Below the pieces are notes generated by a model that had not been told where the DNA came from, did not search any database, and saw only the letters and a program-made list of their open reading frames with translations. Made by a program: the position numbers and the translations under genes. A DNA stretch of 64,000 nt, counting the filler, from Basidiobolus ranarum (taxonomy: Eukaryota): NCBI GenBank assembly GCA_040143965.1. It is 41 parts of 41 records of this genome, joined end to end, with 100 filler letters (N's around TTAATTAATTAA, not from the genome) between each part and the next. Parts side by side here need not be neighbours in the genome. Positions count along the whole stretch, not along the records: positions 1 to 1,471 come from JASJQH010005082.1; positions 1,572 to 3,041 come from JASJQH010005083.1; positions 3,142 to 4,611 come from JASJQH010005084.1; positions 4,712 to 6,180 come from JASJQH010005085.1; positions 6,281 to 7,749 come from JASJQH010005086.1; positions 7,850 to 9,318 come from JASJQH010005087.1; positions 9,419 to 10,887 come from JASJQH010005088.1; positions 10,988 to 12,456 come from JASJQH010005089.1; 33 more parts are not named here. The stretch is one strand, 5' to 3'. Below are positions 1 to 12,556 of this stretch, piece after piece; position 1 is the first letter of the stretch; every line of letters starts with the position of its first letter.

Positions 1-466
1 TTCAAAATTTCAGATGTTTAGCAATTTTTCCACCGTTAGTTTGCTGGTAAAGCATATTGATGTTGTTGAGTTATGTCTAATCAGTCAAATATATGCATAT
101 GTAGAGACTAACCACAATGGGATTCTTGTATTTTTTGATTCTCATTATGGCTGGAATACAAAGCCTAAAATATCTTAATAAAGGCATGCATATTAATTTG
201 AATTCCTAAAGTGGTAAACCCAGTAATTTGCCATTTGAAAATTATATTTTTGCAAAAATTACTGGATTTTGAATAACACATGCCAAATTTGAGGATCAAT
301 ATTTTAACATATATGAATACCATTAAGATACCATCAAGAAGCCGCCATCACACCATCAAAATCCCTGGCAGAATGCAAGGCAAAGATATTGTGATGGTTC
401 TCTGATGGTTTTGCTATTTGGAGGGTGGATCCAATCCGGATCAAATCAGTTTTATTTTTGTTAGGG
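1..466 (+). mobile_element. End 'A' of CACTA/EnSpm-like element (probable transposase 3' end plus terminus ...ATTTTTGTTAGGG)
   Basis: Near-identical blocks at 15693-15895, 19440-20295 (-), 29792-30684, 39173-39437 and 51266-51567 (-). Homology stops sharply at TTAGGG in five copies. Confidence 0.75.
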
Positions 467-920
467 AAGTTGATGCAGGCTTTGACCATTGTTTAAGAGT
501 ATGAGGCTTAGGAGCTGAAGTTTCTTACTTGTCTTGATTGCCATATGTAGCTTTGAGCTCAGCCAGTAAAGCAAAGAAGTGGGAAAGAAGTGGAGATTGA
601 CTTTCAATCCAAGGAGAAAAACACAATAGTGCTGTTGCTGATTAGAGTGTCTCCCTAGGCCTACCATTATTTGGTTGGCAGGGTATTGATGGGGATGTAG
701 CTAGATGCTGAGATTTACCTGGTTGATAATGCCACAATAGTTTTGGCAAGTGCCAGGAAATATGTTTGATTGTAAGATCTTTTGTTCAGGGGTTGGATTT
801 GCAGGAGAACTGGGTAGCACTGAATTGGTTACTTGAGCAGGATAGGCACAAAGTTCTTGACTTTCCTGTTGAGCATGGGCTAGCATGATATTTTCTATTG
901 TGAGGGCTAGTGAAGACATA
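467..920 (-). pseudogene. Ty3/gypsy gag remnant
   Basis: Translation ...FPGTCQNYCGIINQVNLSI*LHPHQYPANQIMVGLG resembles chromovirus/PEG10-like gag and has an in-frame stop. Confidence 0.6.
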
Positions 921-1208
921 ATACCAAATCTTTTAAGGCGGAGATTTAAAACTACAAGTTTCTCTAGGAATGATAATCTCAAAGCAACATTCAACTTTCT
1001 ACTGAAGAAATGATTGATGCCTTGACAAAAGAATATTTGATTATTAACATCCACTGTTTTGATCAAATACTAAAGTTTTATTGATCAAAAAGAACTGTAA
1101 GCTCTACTAGCAGTGTCTTCACAAGGAAGCACTTAGATCAATTATCCCCAGGTGGAAGGTACCACTGCCTTAGATGGGAAGCTTGGGAAAGATGGATAAT
1201 AAGAGGTA

Positions 1209-1471
1209 TGTCACAATTCTGATCTTGGCATACTGATCCACTGCATATAGAACTCTTTCATTATCAGATTATGACATCATATCTGCGGTGCCATCCCTTC
1301 TTGGCAATCATATGATAGTTCATCCAGATTACCTTATACGGAAGTCATGTTCTTTGGGACATTCCATGAAACCTAACCAATCAAGTCATCCCACACATGC
1401 TGTATTTCTGCCAAGACCTTCCATGGAAGGTCACCTGATCATCCTTACATCATCCCTCTTTGTATTGGTCC
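1209..1471 (+). repeat. Gypsy LTR family A, 5' part
   Basis: Starts TGTCAC. Matches the reverse complement of 1713-2253, and also 4280-4611 and 35651-35946. Confidence 0.85.
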
Positions 1472-1571
1472 NNNNNNNNNNNNNNNNNNNNNNNNNNNNN
1501 NNNNNNNNNNNNNNNTTAATTAATTAANNNNNNNNNNNNNNNNNNNNNNNNNNNNNNNNNNNNNNNNNNNN
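1472..1571. other. Artificial contig linker N44-TTAATTAATTAA-N44 (first of 40 identical linkers, about every 1.56 kb)
   Basis: Identical 100-bp spacer with stops in all six frames. Contig lengths fall steadily from about 1470 to 1459 bp. Confidence 0.99.
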
Positions 1572-1705
1572 CCCAGTGTTAGTTTTCTCTATTTCCACCA
1601 AAATGTATAAATGCTTTATTTCTGGATAATAAACAATTATCTCACAAAGCTATTCACAACTCCACTTTTCTAAAGTTCCTCCTGACAGCCCATATTTTCC
1701 CAATA
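1572..1705 (+). repeat. Copia LTR family B, 3' part
   Basis: Matches 34484-34620 and 56180-56247. Ends ...TTTTCCCAATA (decayed CAACA). Confidence 0.7.
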
Positions 1706-1712
1706 CAGATCC

Positions 1713-2253
1713 TGTCACAATAAGGAACTGGACAAGGACTGAAGACAACAACAAGAGGCAATAAGCTAGGAGAGTGCTTTGGTGTAGACCACAAGACAAG
1801 ACAAGACTGGACAAGGAAGATACTTTGGTAAGAATCTTTATTGATAACTGGCATTGAGCCAACTGAGGTCTGATCAAGGAATACATGGGGCTTATATAGA
1901 TATTGCAAGGTGAAACATAATATACTAAATAGGGAATATACTGTGGCAAGTTCAAAAGTCAGGGTGTAGAGGACTACAAGGACCAATACAAAGAGGGATG
2001 ATGTAAGGATGATGTATGGATGATCAGGTGACCTTCAATGGAAGGTCTTGGCAGAAATATGCTATGTGTGGCATGACATGATTGGTTAGGTTTCATGGAA
2101 TGTTCCAAAGAACATGACTTCCATAAAAGGTAATCTGGATGAACTGACACAAGATTGCCAAGAAGGGATGTCACAGCAGATATGATGTCATAATCTAAAA
2201 ATAGAAGAGTTCTATTTGCAGTGGATCAGTATGCCAAGATCAGAATCATGACA
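1713..2253 (-). mobile_element. Complete 541-bp 3' LTR (family A) of a Ty3/gypsy chromovirus
   Basis: TGTCA...TGACA termini. On the minus strand it follows a purine tract (AAAGAAGGG) just after the integrase stop. Confidence 0.9.
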
Positions 2254-2264
2254 GTATCCCTTCT

Positions 2265-3041
2265 TTAGTGATGGCTTCCAGACATCATAGGGCCAGGTTT
2301 TTCCAGGTAGGCTTCATGAAACTCCTGGCAAAGTTCCTTGGAATTAGAAAGATTTGTTGCTGGCTTCCATGATTGATCATTTGTTGAGTATCTCTTCCAG
2401 TCCACTAAATATTGCAATTTACATTGATAAACTCTGAAATCTAGAATTTTGCTAACTTCATATTCAGGGTGTTTGTCCACTTGGATTGCTGGGGGTGGGT
2501 CAATGGATTGGCCCTGGAAGGTGTTTCTGGCATGTTGCTCTAAGAGAGACACATGAAATACATTGTGGACTTTGTAATGTGCTGGGAGTTCAAGGCAGAA
2601 GGGTACTGAATTGATTTGCTTAATAATCCTAAAAGGTCCTAGTCTTTTATGATCAAGTTTATCACAAGGTCTAGTGGTTTTGATATTTTTGCAGAGTAAC
2701 CAAACATAATCTCCTGGCTTGAGATCTGAGCTTGGCTTTCTTTTCTTTTCAGCAAAGTTCTTGTTTTGGGATTGAGCATGCTCCAACTTGGATATTAATT
2801 GTTTATGGATGTCCTTAAGGAGAGTGGCATGGTCTGAGGCAGCAGGGTAAGGTAGATTGGATGGTGGGGGAATTGTGAAACAAGGATGGAATCCATAATT
2901 TGCAAAGAAGGGAGTTTGTTTTGTTGAGGTATGATAAGAGTTGTTGTAAGCAAATTCAGCAAGAGGCAAGAGTTGTGTCCAATTATCCTGATTATAGTTG
3001 ATAGTGCACCGCAAATGTTGTTCCAAAACTTGATTGACTCT
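2265..3041 (-). mobile_element. Ty3/gypsy integrase C-terminus, SH3-like region and chromodomain (Tf2/chromovirus type)
   Basis: Motifs LPLAEFAYNN, TPFFANYGFHP, KLDHKRLGPF, VHNVFHVSLL and YEVSKILD..YLVDW. Confidence 0.95.
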
Positions 3042-3141
3042 NNNNNNNNNNNNNNNNNNNNNNNNNNNNNNNNNNNNNNNNNNNNTTAATTAATTAANNN
3101 NNNNNNNNNNNNNNNNNNNNNNNNNNNNNNNNNNNNNNNNN

Positions 3142-4279
3142 TGTGTTCAGAACATCTGTGGGAGTAAAATGAGCTATATTTGGGGCAATTTGGATGAGTT
3201 TGAAATTTCCAATATGGAATTGCTAATTCTCACATTATTCACATATATATATGTTCCAATTTGCCATTAAGTGATATTTGACTAAGTAGTATTAACAAAC
3301 TTATATGTGATATATGTAATAGTTAGATGTATAGATACAGAGATAACCAATATGAAAAGACAATACACTTCAACACTCCCACTCAACTAAATATTTATAT
3401 ATCTTAATCCTAACTTAAATCTTAATTATTCAAATTTTGGCTTGGGTAATGGTTTGGTAAGGATGTCAGCAATCATATTCCCAGTTGGACAGTACTCTAA
3501 CTGAATGTGCTTGTTCTCAATAGCTTCCCCAACACAGTGATGTTGAATGTCAATGTGCTTACTTCTAGCATGAAATTGGGGATTTCTAGCTCAAGAAATA
3601 CAACTTTGATTATCCTTGAAAACTATTGTAGATAAACTTTGAAAAATGCCCAAGTCTTTCAGCAGTTTTCTTAAGCACAGAGCCTCCTTTGTTGCCATGT
3701 ACTCTGCTTCAGTTATTGAAAGTGCTATGGTGGATTGTTTCTTGCTTTTCCAAGATATAGCTGCTTCACTAAAAGTAAGGTATATCCAGTGATAGATCTT
3801 CTGTCCTCAATATCACATCCCCAATCTGCATCACTAAGCCCAATTTAATCCTTATTCTCATAAGAAATTGTGTATCTTAATCCTAGATTAATTGTCCTCT
3901 TCAAATATCTAAAATCCACTTAACTGCAATATAATGCTCACATCCTGGGTGATGCACATGTTGGCTAACTACTCCCACTGCTAAAGTGATATCTGGCCAA
4001 GTTCCAGTCATAGAAAAGATGAAACTACCTGCCATAGATTGATAAGGGAATTCAGGGTTTTCAAATATCATATTTTGAGCCATATTTGGCCGATTTTATC
4101 ATTTTTAATACAATTTTGATTAGTTTAACACCTGGATCCATGGGAGTGGCAACTGGCATACAATTCTCCAACCTATAACATCTGAGAATGTCTGAGATGT
4201 ATTAAGATTGATTCAGAGTAATATATTTGCTTAATTTATGGATCTGCAGGCTCAAAAAATATGTCAGTTCATCTAAATC
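3142..4279 (-). mobile_element. Decayed Ty1/copia RT-RNaseH, PPT and 3' LTR (family B, 3142-3375)
   Basis: FPYQSMAGS, SKKQSTIALS and MIADILTKPL motifs. PPT AGTTGAGTGGGGAG directly precedes TGTTGAAG. Confidence 0.9.
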
Positions 4280-4611
4280 TGTCATGCTTCCAATCTTGGC
4301 ATACTGATCTACTGCAAACATAACTTTTCTATTACTAGATTATGACATCATATCTGCTGTGCCATCCCATCTTGGCAATCTTGTGTTAGTTCATCCAGAT
4401 TACTCTATATAGAGGTCATGTTCTTTGGAACATTCCATGAAACATGACCACTCATGTCATCCAACACATAGTGTATTTCCACCAAGACCTTCCTTGGAAG
4501 GTCATCTGATCATCCATACATCATCCCTCTTTGTGTTGGTCCTTGTAGTCCCCAACACCCCAACTCTTGAACTTGCCATAGTATATTCCCTATTCAGTAC
4601 ATTATGTTTCA
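4280..4611 (+). repeat. Gypsy LTR family A inserted into the copia RT
   Basis: Starts TGTCATG and is homologous to 1713-2253. Confidence 0.85.
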
Positions 4612-4831
4612 NNNNNNNNNNNNNNNNNNNNNNNNNNNNNNNNNNNNNNNNNNNNTTAATTAATTAANNNNNNNNNNNNNNNNNNNNNNNNNNNNNNNNN
4701 NNNNNNNNNNNGGTCGAGGTTTGCTTATGCACTATATGTGTGCAAATATAGAGTTGATTGAGCCATTATATTGTCTACAAATTTACCATCGGGTTTTGTT
4801 CAATAATCCAATTTCATCACAGATTACCAGA

Positions 4832-4903
4832 GCCTGCTTAGCGCAGTGGCAGCGCGTCAGTCTCGTAAACTGAAGGTCGCCAGTTCAATCCCGGCAGCAG
4901 GCA
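4832..4903 (+). tRNA. tRNA-Thr(CGT)
   Basis: Acceptor stem GCCTGCT/AGCAGGC plus A73, D stem GCGC/GCGC, anticodon arm TCAGT-CT[CGT]AA-ACTGA, T loop TTCAATC, and a T6 Pol III terminator at 4905-4910. One A-C mismatch in the T stem. Confidence 0.93.
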
Positions 4904-5773
4904 ATTTTTTAAAAAACCATTAGAATTGGAAAATTGATTGATGTTCTGAAGTTCAATGAGTATAAACGAATTAAATCTATTGCTATATTTACTACTGTCA
5001 AACTATTGAATCTTCAAATTGATTTCCTGGAATCATTTCAATTTGGAGCGCATGCCTATTTAAATCGTTTTATATTCATTCAATGAGCTATCACAAAGAT
5101 TACTCCCAGTTGTTGCTACTTGTTTCTGATCACATTTCCCTACCATTATATAAATGACAGATACATAATTAGGTTGATAAATCCATGTTGTCCTTCGTTT
5201 ACTAAATCCTATCAATCTTCAGTATAAAAAACGACCGTCTAATTAGTATGAAATTCGTCTCTTTAGTAATGTTATTCCTCAGAGTTATCACTTTATTCCT
5301 CCTTAACAAGTACTTCCCCCCTTGAGCGCAAATAGTCCAATGAATATAAAAACCATCATCATTTAGGGTTCGAACAAGGGGTTTGGAAGACAATGCTCAG
5401 CAGTCAATATATTAAGATACTTTTAAACAAGTATTCCTTTTAGTCATATTTAAATAAGACTAACATTAAAACTGAGATTGTAGAATGTTCCTACATATTA
5501 ACCAATCTACGACCCATTTGTATTCGCTTTTTCGATCCGTTGAGATTATTATAATACAAAATCACCAATCATTAAAAGATTCGGATAAGATCAATTGAAT
5601 TCGAAAAAAATTATTTTATTCATTCCAAAATGATTTAAGGGGTATGATTCAGGGGAATTTCACTTCCTACATATCTTGTTGCCCATAACATTATGTGGCC
5701 ACATAAAGTAATCAAAATATTACGTGGCTTACAGGTTGCGTCAATAAATATGATATATCCCAGGGTTTACCGT

Positions 5774-5781
5774 ATATAAAG
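5774..5781 (+). promoter_or_regulatory. Putative TATA box of the Gly-rich protein gene
   Basis: TATATAAA about 75 nt upstream of ATG 5852. Confidence 0.5.
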
Positions 5782-5851
5782 TGGACTCACTGAACTTTTG
5801 ATAATTATATTCTGAACACAGAGATATAAGAAACCAATATTTTTTTGAGAC

Positions 5852-6180
5852 ATGAAATTTTACGCTCCCACTCTTCTTTTCCTTGCTTCCACAGCATGCA
5901 CCGTAAGTAGTGGTGGGATAGGCGCATATGATACCAGTGATCTCACCACGGGCGGTGGAAACGGAAATAGTGGAGGAGCTGGAGCCTATGGCTCAGGAAG
6001 CGGAGCAGGAGGTAATGGCGGTGGTAACGGAGGAGAAGCTGGAGCCTATGATACTGGCAGTGGAGCAGGAGGAAATGGTGGCGGTGCAGGTGGCAATGGT
6101 GGAGGAGCTGGAGCCTATGGCCCAGGAAGCGGAGCAGGAGGTAATGGAGGTGGTTCCGGTGGTAACGGAGGAGGAGCTGG
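5852..6180 (+). CDS. Secreted glycine-rich tandem-repeat protein, 5' part (cut by contig end)
   Basis: Signal-peptide-like MKFYAPTLLFLASTACTVSS, then 20-23 aa repeats GAY(G/D)xGSGAGGNGGG. Confidence 0.85.
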
Positions 6181-6280
6181 NNNNNNNNNNNNNNNNNNNN
6201 NNNNNNNNNNNNNNNNNNNNNNNNTTAATTAATTAANNNNNNNNNNNNNNNNNNNNNNNNNNNNNNNNNNNNNNNNNNNN

Positions 6281-7315
6281 GGCCTATTGATGAAACATCT
6301 CAAAAATGTACGCAATTATCGACTTGGAAAAGAAAGAAAAGCAGCTAAAGAAGTACTGAAGGAGCAGGAAGTTAGTAAACCCAAGGGAAAACTAAAGGAG
6401 CTCAGGCTATACTGTCCCACTCACCAATTTCTTAACACCATTACAAAGATCTGCATTTCCAGAGTCAGATATACTAGCAAAAAAGCATAATTTCACCATG
6501 GAACCAGGTACATCAGTTGGAAGAGTGGTAAATTTGGAAGTTTATCCAACTCCTGACATCTCTCAACAAGCCAAAACATCAGCAAATAAAACTCATGGCT
6601 CTCCAACCTCAAGTGGTACTTCTCAAAGTGATGAAATTAGCCCCAAACTTAAAGGCAAGGAAAAAGCCACACAAACACCGCAAAACACCCTCATTAGGGT
6701 CACACTACAAGCACATACAAAAATAGTCAAAGTTCTTGAGGAGTATTTTCAAAAGTATGCAGAGAAGAACACAGGGCAAGTATGCAGAATGTGGCTTCAG
6801 AAGAAGAACATATAACTTGACATTCAGCCTGGTGTTGACCATGCAGATATCTGGGAAGAACTTAATACAGAGTGGCACAATATTGCAGGATATCCACCAG
6901 ATAGAATGTTAAATCAGCAATATTAATACAATGGTGGGCTTTGATGGAGATATTAATACAAACTTGTATTGGGTATGAGCTAAACCTTGGGTATGAAGAA
7001 CTCTATAAAGATGTTCAGGAGAATATTTCAAAGAGACTAGGGATTTCAAAGGTGACAAATTAGCATTCAAGTGGTAATTGTGTAAAATTTGAGCTATGTT
7101 TTTTGCACATGTGTTTATCCAGAATTCTCTGAGATTATAGCCAATCATGTCCAACTATTTTGCTAGATCTTGAAATTTCACTCCTGAAACTGAAAATTTG
7201 ATTAAAGTCAAACCTAACTTCACAATTTTATGATGGTAAGCAAATGGTCAATCCCAAATGTATTAAAATTTTGATGGTTTTCCTACAATGACAATCCTCA
7301 AATTTCTGTGAGAGG
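6281..7315 (+). mobile_element. CACTA-like element ORF2 3' half and end 'B'
   Basis: Homologous to 32920-33565, 33566-34383, 24230-24995 (-) and 39438-39727. Ends in a decayed AAATTTCTGTTAGGG. Confidence 0.75.
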
Positions 7316-7749
7316 ATATTATTCTTGTATTGAGCTGGCACAATACTGATCAATGTGGCATGCATGAGTTGTATAACTAAGAACTTCAAATATCATGGTA
7401 AAGTTCCCTACATTCTGTATAATGAAATTTCTGCTTACATTCATTATCCCGGTTATTTCAATTTTGTGTAATTAGATGGAAATTATATAGTAAACTGCAT
7501 CAGCAAAGTTAATCATAGTTCAATCTGAATCAAATTATTTAGCATATATATCAAAACAGCTCAAAGCAGAGTGCCTTATCTTGATTACACTATAGCAAAT
7601 TAACTTTGACATTCTAACAAATGATATAAAAAGATCCCCAATTCTGATTGAAATCAATAAAGTCTAATATCATAGATATATATGCTAGTTAGGTATCATG
7701 TCAAAACAGATTCTTCCTGATTCCCAGCCAACTTTGGTACAGATAACCA
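7316..7749 (-). mobile_element. 5' region of the DDE_Tnp_4 element
   Basis: Homologous to 61529-61960 and 32425-32540. Confidence 0.6.
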
Positions 7750-7919
7750 NNNNNNNNNNNNNNNNNNNNNNNNNNNNNNNNNNNNNNNNNNNNTTAATTA
7801 ATTAANNNNNNNNNNNNNNNNNNNNNNNNNNNNNNNNNNNNNNNNNNNNTATATAATGGCAGGAACATATCAATACAAAGGTGTCGGAGTAGGAACTTTC
7901 AGCCAATAATTCAAAAAGC

Positions 7920-8880
7920 AGGATAAAAGCATGAAACTGCAGTGAAACTAGTATTTGGGTATTTGAGAGGAACTGTAGATCTAGTTTTGGAATATTCTGG
8001 CCCTCCTGATGCACAGATTGTTCAAGGCTGCAGTGTTGCAGACAGGGGAAGAAATCTTGATGATCAAAGATCAACAACTGGGTACACTTTTCTGTATGAT
8101 AATGGATCCATACTTAGATTAGTAAGAAGCAACCAACTGTAGCGCCTTCCACTGCAGAAGCAGAGTATATGACTGCCTCTGCTACTACACAAGAAGCTAT
8201 TTGGTTAATGAAGTTACTTACAGACTTAAAATGCATGCACAAGCATTCTGTTACTGTATTTGAAGATAAGCAAAGTTGTATTTCATCAGTTAAAAACTCT
8301 TCATTTCTTGCTATAACAGAGCATAAAGATATTAGGCATCATTTTGTTACAGAAGCAATGGTGAAAGATCTATTAGAACTTGTCTGCTGCTTTACAGAAG
8401 AAAAATATCCAACACCTTAACCAAGCCTTCATCTAAAGCTTAATTTGAATTATTAAGATACAGGTTAGGTTTAAAAGAAAAAAATATAATTAATTAAGTG
8501 GGAATGTTCAAGTTAGGTAGATAGCAACTTGTTATTTAGTAGTTGGTTTACTCCTACTCTGACTATTTAGCACTCAAATCTGACATCCAAAGAAGTGTGT
8601 TTATTGCTCTAATTGATTGAACTATCAATTATATCACTTTTACCATTTTTCACTATTTTCTCAAAACCTCTCCCAATTGCCTCAAATTTTCACCCACGCT
8701 TTACTGGCATATGTGCAACAATCTGAGCACATACATTAGTCCTATTTCATAGTAACCTTTAATCAGGAGCTATTCAATTCATTAACACTTCAGTGTCTAA
8801 TTCATAAGTCCATATCTTGTCTAAAACACTTCTAAATCCCTTATAACCCTTTAAAATGGCTGTGGGTATTCTTTCAGTTT
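7920..8880 (+). mobile_element. Decayed copia RNaseH, PPT and LTR (family E, from 8505)
   Basis: DDQRSTTGY, EAEYM and DIRHHFV motifs. AAGTGGGAA precedes TGTTCAAG. The LTR resembles 28748-29080. Confidence 0.8.
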
Positions 8881-8921
8881 AATCAATTCCCCATCTTTCA
8901 AATGGTCCTACTGGCTTCAAG

Positions 8922-9209
8922 CCCTAACATAATTTAGAGGATGGTGATTGTAAGAGAATAGTCACAATTGCAATCTGTTTTGGGTTGATCATTGACTTGC
9001 TATGAGATAATCATAAAGTTAGATATAATTTTGATGCCTTAATACAATTCTAGGAGTGCAACTTTAAGATCTTGCAAAATAGTTGCACAAAATTGGCTAT
9101 AATTTCAGAAAATCATGGATCAACATATATGTAAAAACATGACTCAACTTGTACACATTTACCACTTGAATGCTAATTTGTGACCTTTGGAATTCCTGGC
9201 TTCTTTGAT
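8922..9209 (-). mobile_element. Diverged CACTA-like end 'B'
   Basis: Begins CCCTAACATAATTT and resembles the reverse complement of 39438-39727. Confidence 0.6.
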
Positions 9210-9318
9210 AGACTTGTTCCATTTTATTGAGCCAGATCAGGCCAGCTAAAAAGTGTGCCAGCACAAATTGGCATGATTGGGCACTATCCGGCACGATGTT
9301 ATTTACCATTTTGGAAAC
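9210..9318. mobile_element. Terminus of a TIR element (AGACTTGTTCCA...)
   Basis: Reverse complement matches about 14195-14304. The terminus is related to the MITE TIR GGACTTGTTC. Confidence 0.6.
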
Positions 9319-10309
9319 NNNNNNNNNNNNNNNNNNNNNNNNNNNNNNNNNNNNNNNNNNNNTTAATTAATTAANNNNNNNNNNNNNNNNNNNNNNNNNN
9401 NNNNNNNNNNNNNNNNNNCTAATTCTGATAGAAGAAAATGTGATTGGATAGATAGATAGATAGATAAGTGAGTCATGCATCAGCTGAAGTCTTGGCAGTG
9501 AAAGATCATTGGTTATGAATATTGTGACTTGTATTGACTTGTGTCTAGGCAGATGACTCAGAGGTTAATACTGATTGGATAATAATCATGTGATTGCTCA
9601 TATGATCTGATAGAAGAGATAAGCAAATATATAGTTAGTCAGGTGGTAGGTCACATGATAAAGTCACTGGATAAGGTCAGGTCACTAGTTAGCAATAATG
9701 ATAAACTTAAACAGATATTCAAACAAGTTGTATAGATATGGCATAAGCTTAAACAACTTTGTATGTTGGTGCACAACAATTGCTAGTGCTTCCAACCCAA
9801 TTTGTCTTGATATTAAAGAAAATTCCCAATTTAATGCTCACAAGCCTAAACTACCAAAAGGTATCACAAGGCCTGGAAGATACCTAGCAAACATGTTCTT
9901 CTGCCAATAAGAGGTATCTGAAAAGGCAATTTTTGAGTTACAGTGTGGAATAGCTTGCTAGACAAATTTCAGAGCCTAGTATCTCAGACTATATATTTGA
10001 TGTGAAACCATGTGTTGAGTTGACTTTGTGATAAAGACTAATAGAAATCAGGATTCAACCAAAAGAACAAAGAAAATACTTTAATGAAATCTGTGTAACC
10101 TTCCCATCACAGGTAACATCACTAGAAGAACAAGAGTAACATAATCTACAATTATTACAAAAGACCATGCCTTTTAGCAAGGACTACTTTAGAGAATAGC
10201 AAAAGATAAAAAGCACACTAAATCTGAAAGTTCTATTACAACAAATGACTACTTGTTCATATTTTCACTGTTCATGACCACCAACAAGGATTTTTAGATA
10301 TAGTATACT

Positions 10310-10858
10310 TGTTGGAGGGTCTTGATATAATGGGGGTAGACTTTGGATATAAAAGCAACTTAGGATAGTGTGTTGTAGTTACTTTATTCTTGAGAGTATA
10401 TGGTGACTTATGTAGTCAAAAAGTAAATTAATTGATTGAGATATTCAGGAGTTTGTGTAATAAGATATGATAGAGAGGTGGGGGTAATAAGACATAGTTG
10501 TTATAGATATGTAGAGATATTCCTATTTAGAATATAGGGGCTATAGATACATTGCTTTCTGTTTCTGTTTTATGTATCATAACTAAAGTTAATTAAGATG
10601 TTGAATAAAGATTAATTATCCAACACCTTCCCCTAATTCTTATTCAGCATTATGCCTATGCCTGCTCTTAACTTCTCAAAGCATGAAGTTTTGAGTGGTT
10701 TTGTTAGTATATCTGCAAACATGTTTTCAGTATTACAATGAGTAAAGTTTGCTTCTTTGTCTGGAACTTTCTCTCATGTAAAATGATGTCTTATGTCAAT
10801 ATGTTTCATCTTTGAGTGATGCTCAGGATTTCTGGTGATCTGTATACAACTAATAGTT
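10310..10858 (-). mobile_element. Copia 3' LTR family D (10310-10625), PPT and RNaseH end
   Basis: TGTTGG...CCAACA termini, PPT AGGGGAAGG, and KHIDIRHHF / MFADILTKPL motifs. LTR copies at 43118-43609 and 51042-51265. Confidence 0.85.
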
Positions 10859-10987
10859 ATTGGGAAAATATGGGCTGTTTGGATGAANNNNNNNNNNNNN
10901 NNNNNNNNNNNNNNNNNNNNNNNNNNNNNNNTTAATTAATTAANNNNNNNNNNNNNNNNNNNNNNNNNNNNNNNNNNNNNNNNNNNN

Positions 10988-12456
10988 TAAAGCTGATGGT
11001 ATTACCAATAAACTTGATAGCTGATGGTATTAGCAATATACTTGACGGATATCACTACCAGAATCTGAAAAGTCAAGGTTTCTTTGAGAACATGTATGAT
11101 CATGAATTTGCATTAGCTCTGGATGGTTTCTCACTAAACAAATATACCGTTGGAAAGGCTTCCTGGCCAATAATTTTAATTAACTTAAAACTTCCTCCCT
11201 TTGAACAGTATAAGAGTCATAATATTTTGATAATATCCATCATATCTGAACCTAAATCACAAGTGCTTATAGATAGCTTTAAATGAGAAGGATAAAGAAT
11301 ACCTCCCACATAAGGGTGGTATTTCAGGTATAGCCCATCACCATCATCAGCTGATTCTGAGATGGTGTCACAGATGAGTCATCAGGGTATTTACAAGATA
11401 TTTCCGGTAATGGATGGCAATTTTGGTTTATTATAAGCTGCTTCTAAGCAATTTTGTCACACCAAGTTTACCAACTGAAAATTTCAATGCCATTCAAAAA
11501 GCGTGCAAAATTTAAGTTGAAATTGGTTTCCCAGCCAAAACCTGCTGGCACAAAAGGAAAAAAACCAGCAAAAACAGAGGACTTATTTGATGAGCAGTCT
11601 TGCAATCCACTATCCACTTTGGAAGGCATTAACATACTGGTAAACAACTCAAGTAATGATGAAGCATTTATCAATTTACCAGAGGTGTTCCTTTCCAGCA
11701 GTAGTGCAAGTGAAGAGATTGTAATCCCACAAATACATAGTACATCAATAGTTGTGCAAAGTTCAACCATAACATGTCAAGACCGTCAACTTCCAAAATG
11801 GCTACTTTGCCCACTATTGAACAACCCTCTGTAGAAAATTTGGATAGAATTATTACAATAATGGAATTGCAGGCAGAACACCGTAATGAATTGTATGCAA
11901 TCATAAGTAAAAACTATGAAGTTGCTATACCGCACATGACAAGCAATGATGCCACAATATTGCATTTAATGCAGCAATTGGAGGCAACTAGTCAACAGTT
12001 AGAGAGTCATGCAACAATGCTACAAGACCTTCAGAATGCTGTACTTAAGCTACAGCAACAAGCTGCTCTCTCCATCCATTCTTATACGGGATTTCAGTCA
12101 ATCCCACACCTTACATATGAATGTCACTGTGACAATCTAGCAGAGCAGAATACGTGTCGGATCATTAAGACAACACAACAACCCAAAATTGCTTGGGCAC
12201 ATGAAAGCAGAAATCTCATAGGAAAACTGGCAAACCAAAAGACTCTGAATGTCAGAGCTGCCATCACTTGCTCTGATGATGAGTGGTTTAATATTTTGGA
12301 AACTGTGTGGATTCTTGCCCAAAATCATCTGTCTTTAAGTCAATTGTGGAAAAACCAAAAACCAGGCATTACTCTGAAGGTTCTTGAATTATTTAATGTG
12401 GCTTATTCTGGGTTTTTGCAAGCAAATGGAAATTGGGCTAGTATAGGCCTATTCAT
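10988..12456 (+). mobile_element. Rearranged CACTA-like copy: truncated Tnp2-type transposase (10988-11283) fused to the ORF2 5' region
   Basis: LALDGF..WPIILINLKLPP motif. From 11284 it matches 22552-23429. Confidence 0.8.
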
Positions 12457-12556
12457 NNNNNNNNNNNNNNNNNNNNNNNNNNNNNNNNNNNNNNNNNNNN
12501 TTAATTAATTAANNNNNNNNNNNNNNNNNNNNNNNNNNNNNNNNNNNNNNNNNNNN

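Noticed and set aside
461-466. TTAGGG as a telomeric repeat
   Set aside because: It occurs as single units marking transposon termini, never in tandem.
1288-2174. Repeated short ORFs (HPDYL..KSCSLEHSMKPNQ) here and at 4425 and 35718
   Set aside because: They lie inside LTR A copies, so the similarity reflects DNA repetition rather than a protein family.
5928-6236. E/V/M-rich ORF overlapping the Gly-rich gene
   Set aside because: It is a shadow frame of GGN repeats. The signal peptide and TATA box support the other frame.
9448-9467. (GATA)5 microsatellite
   Set aside because: A short, ordinary simple repeat.
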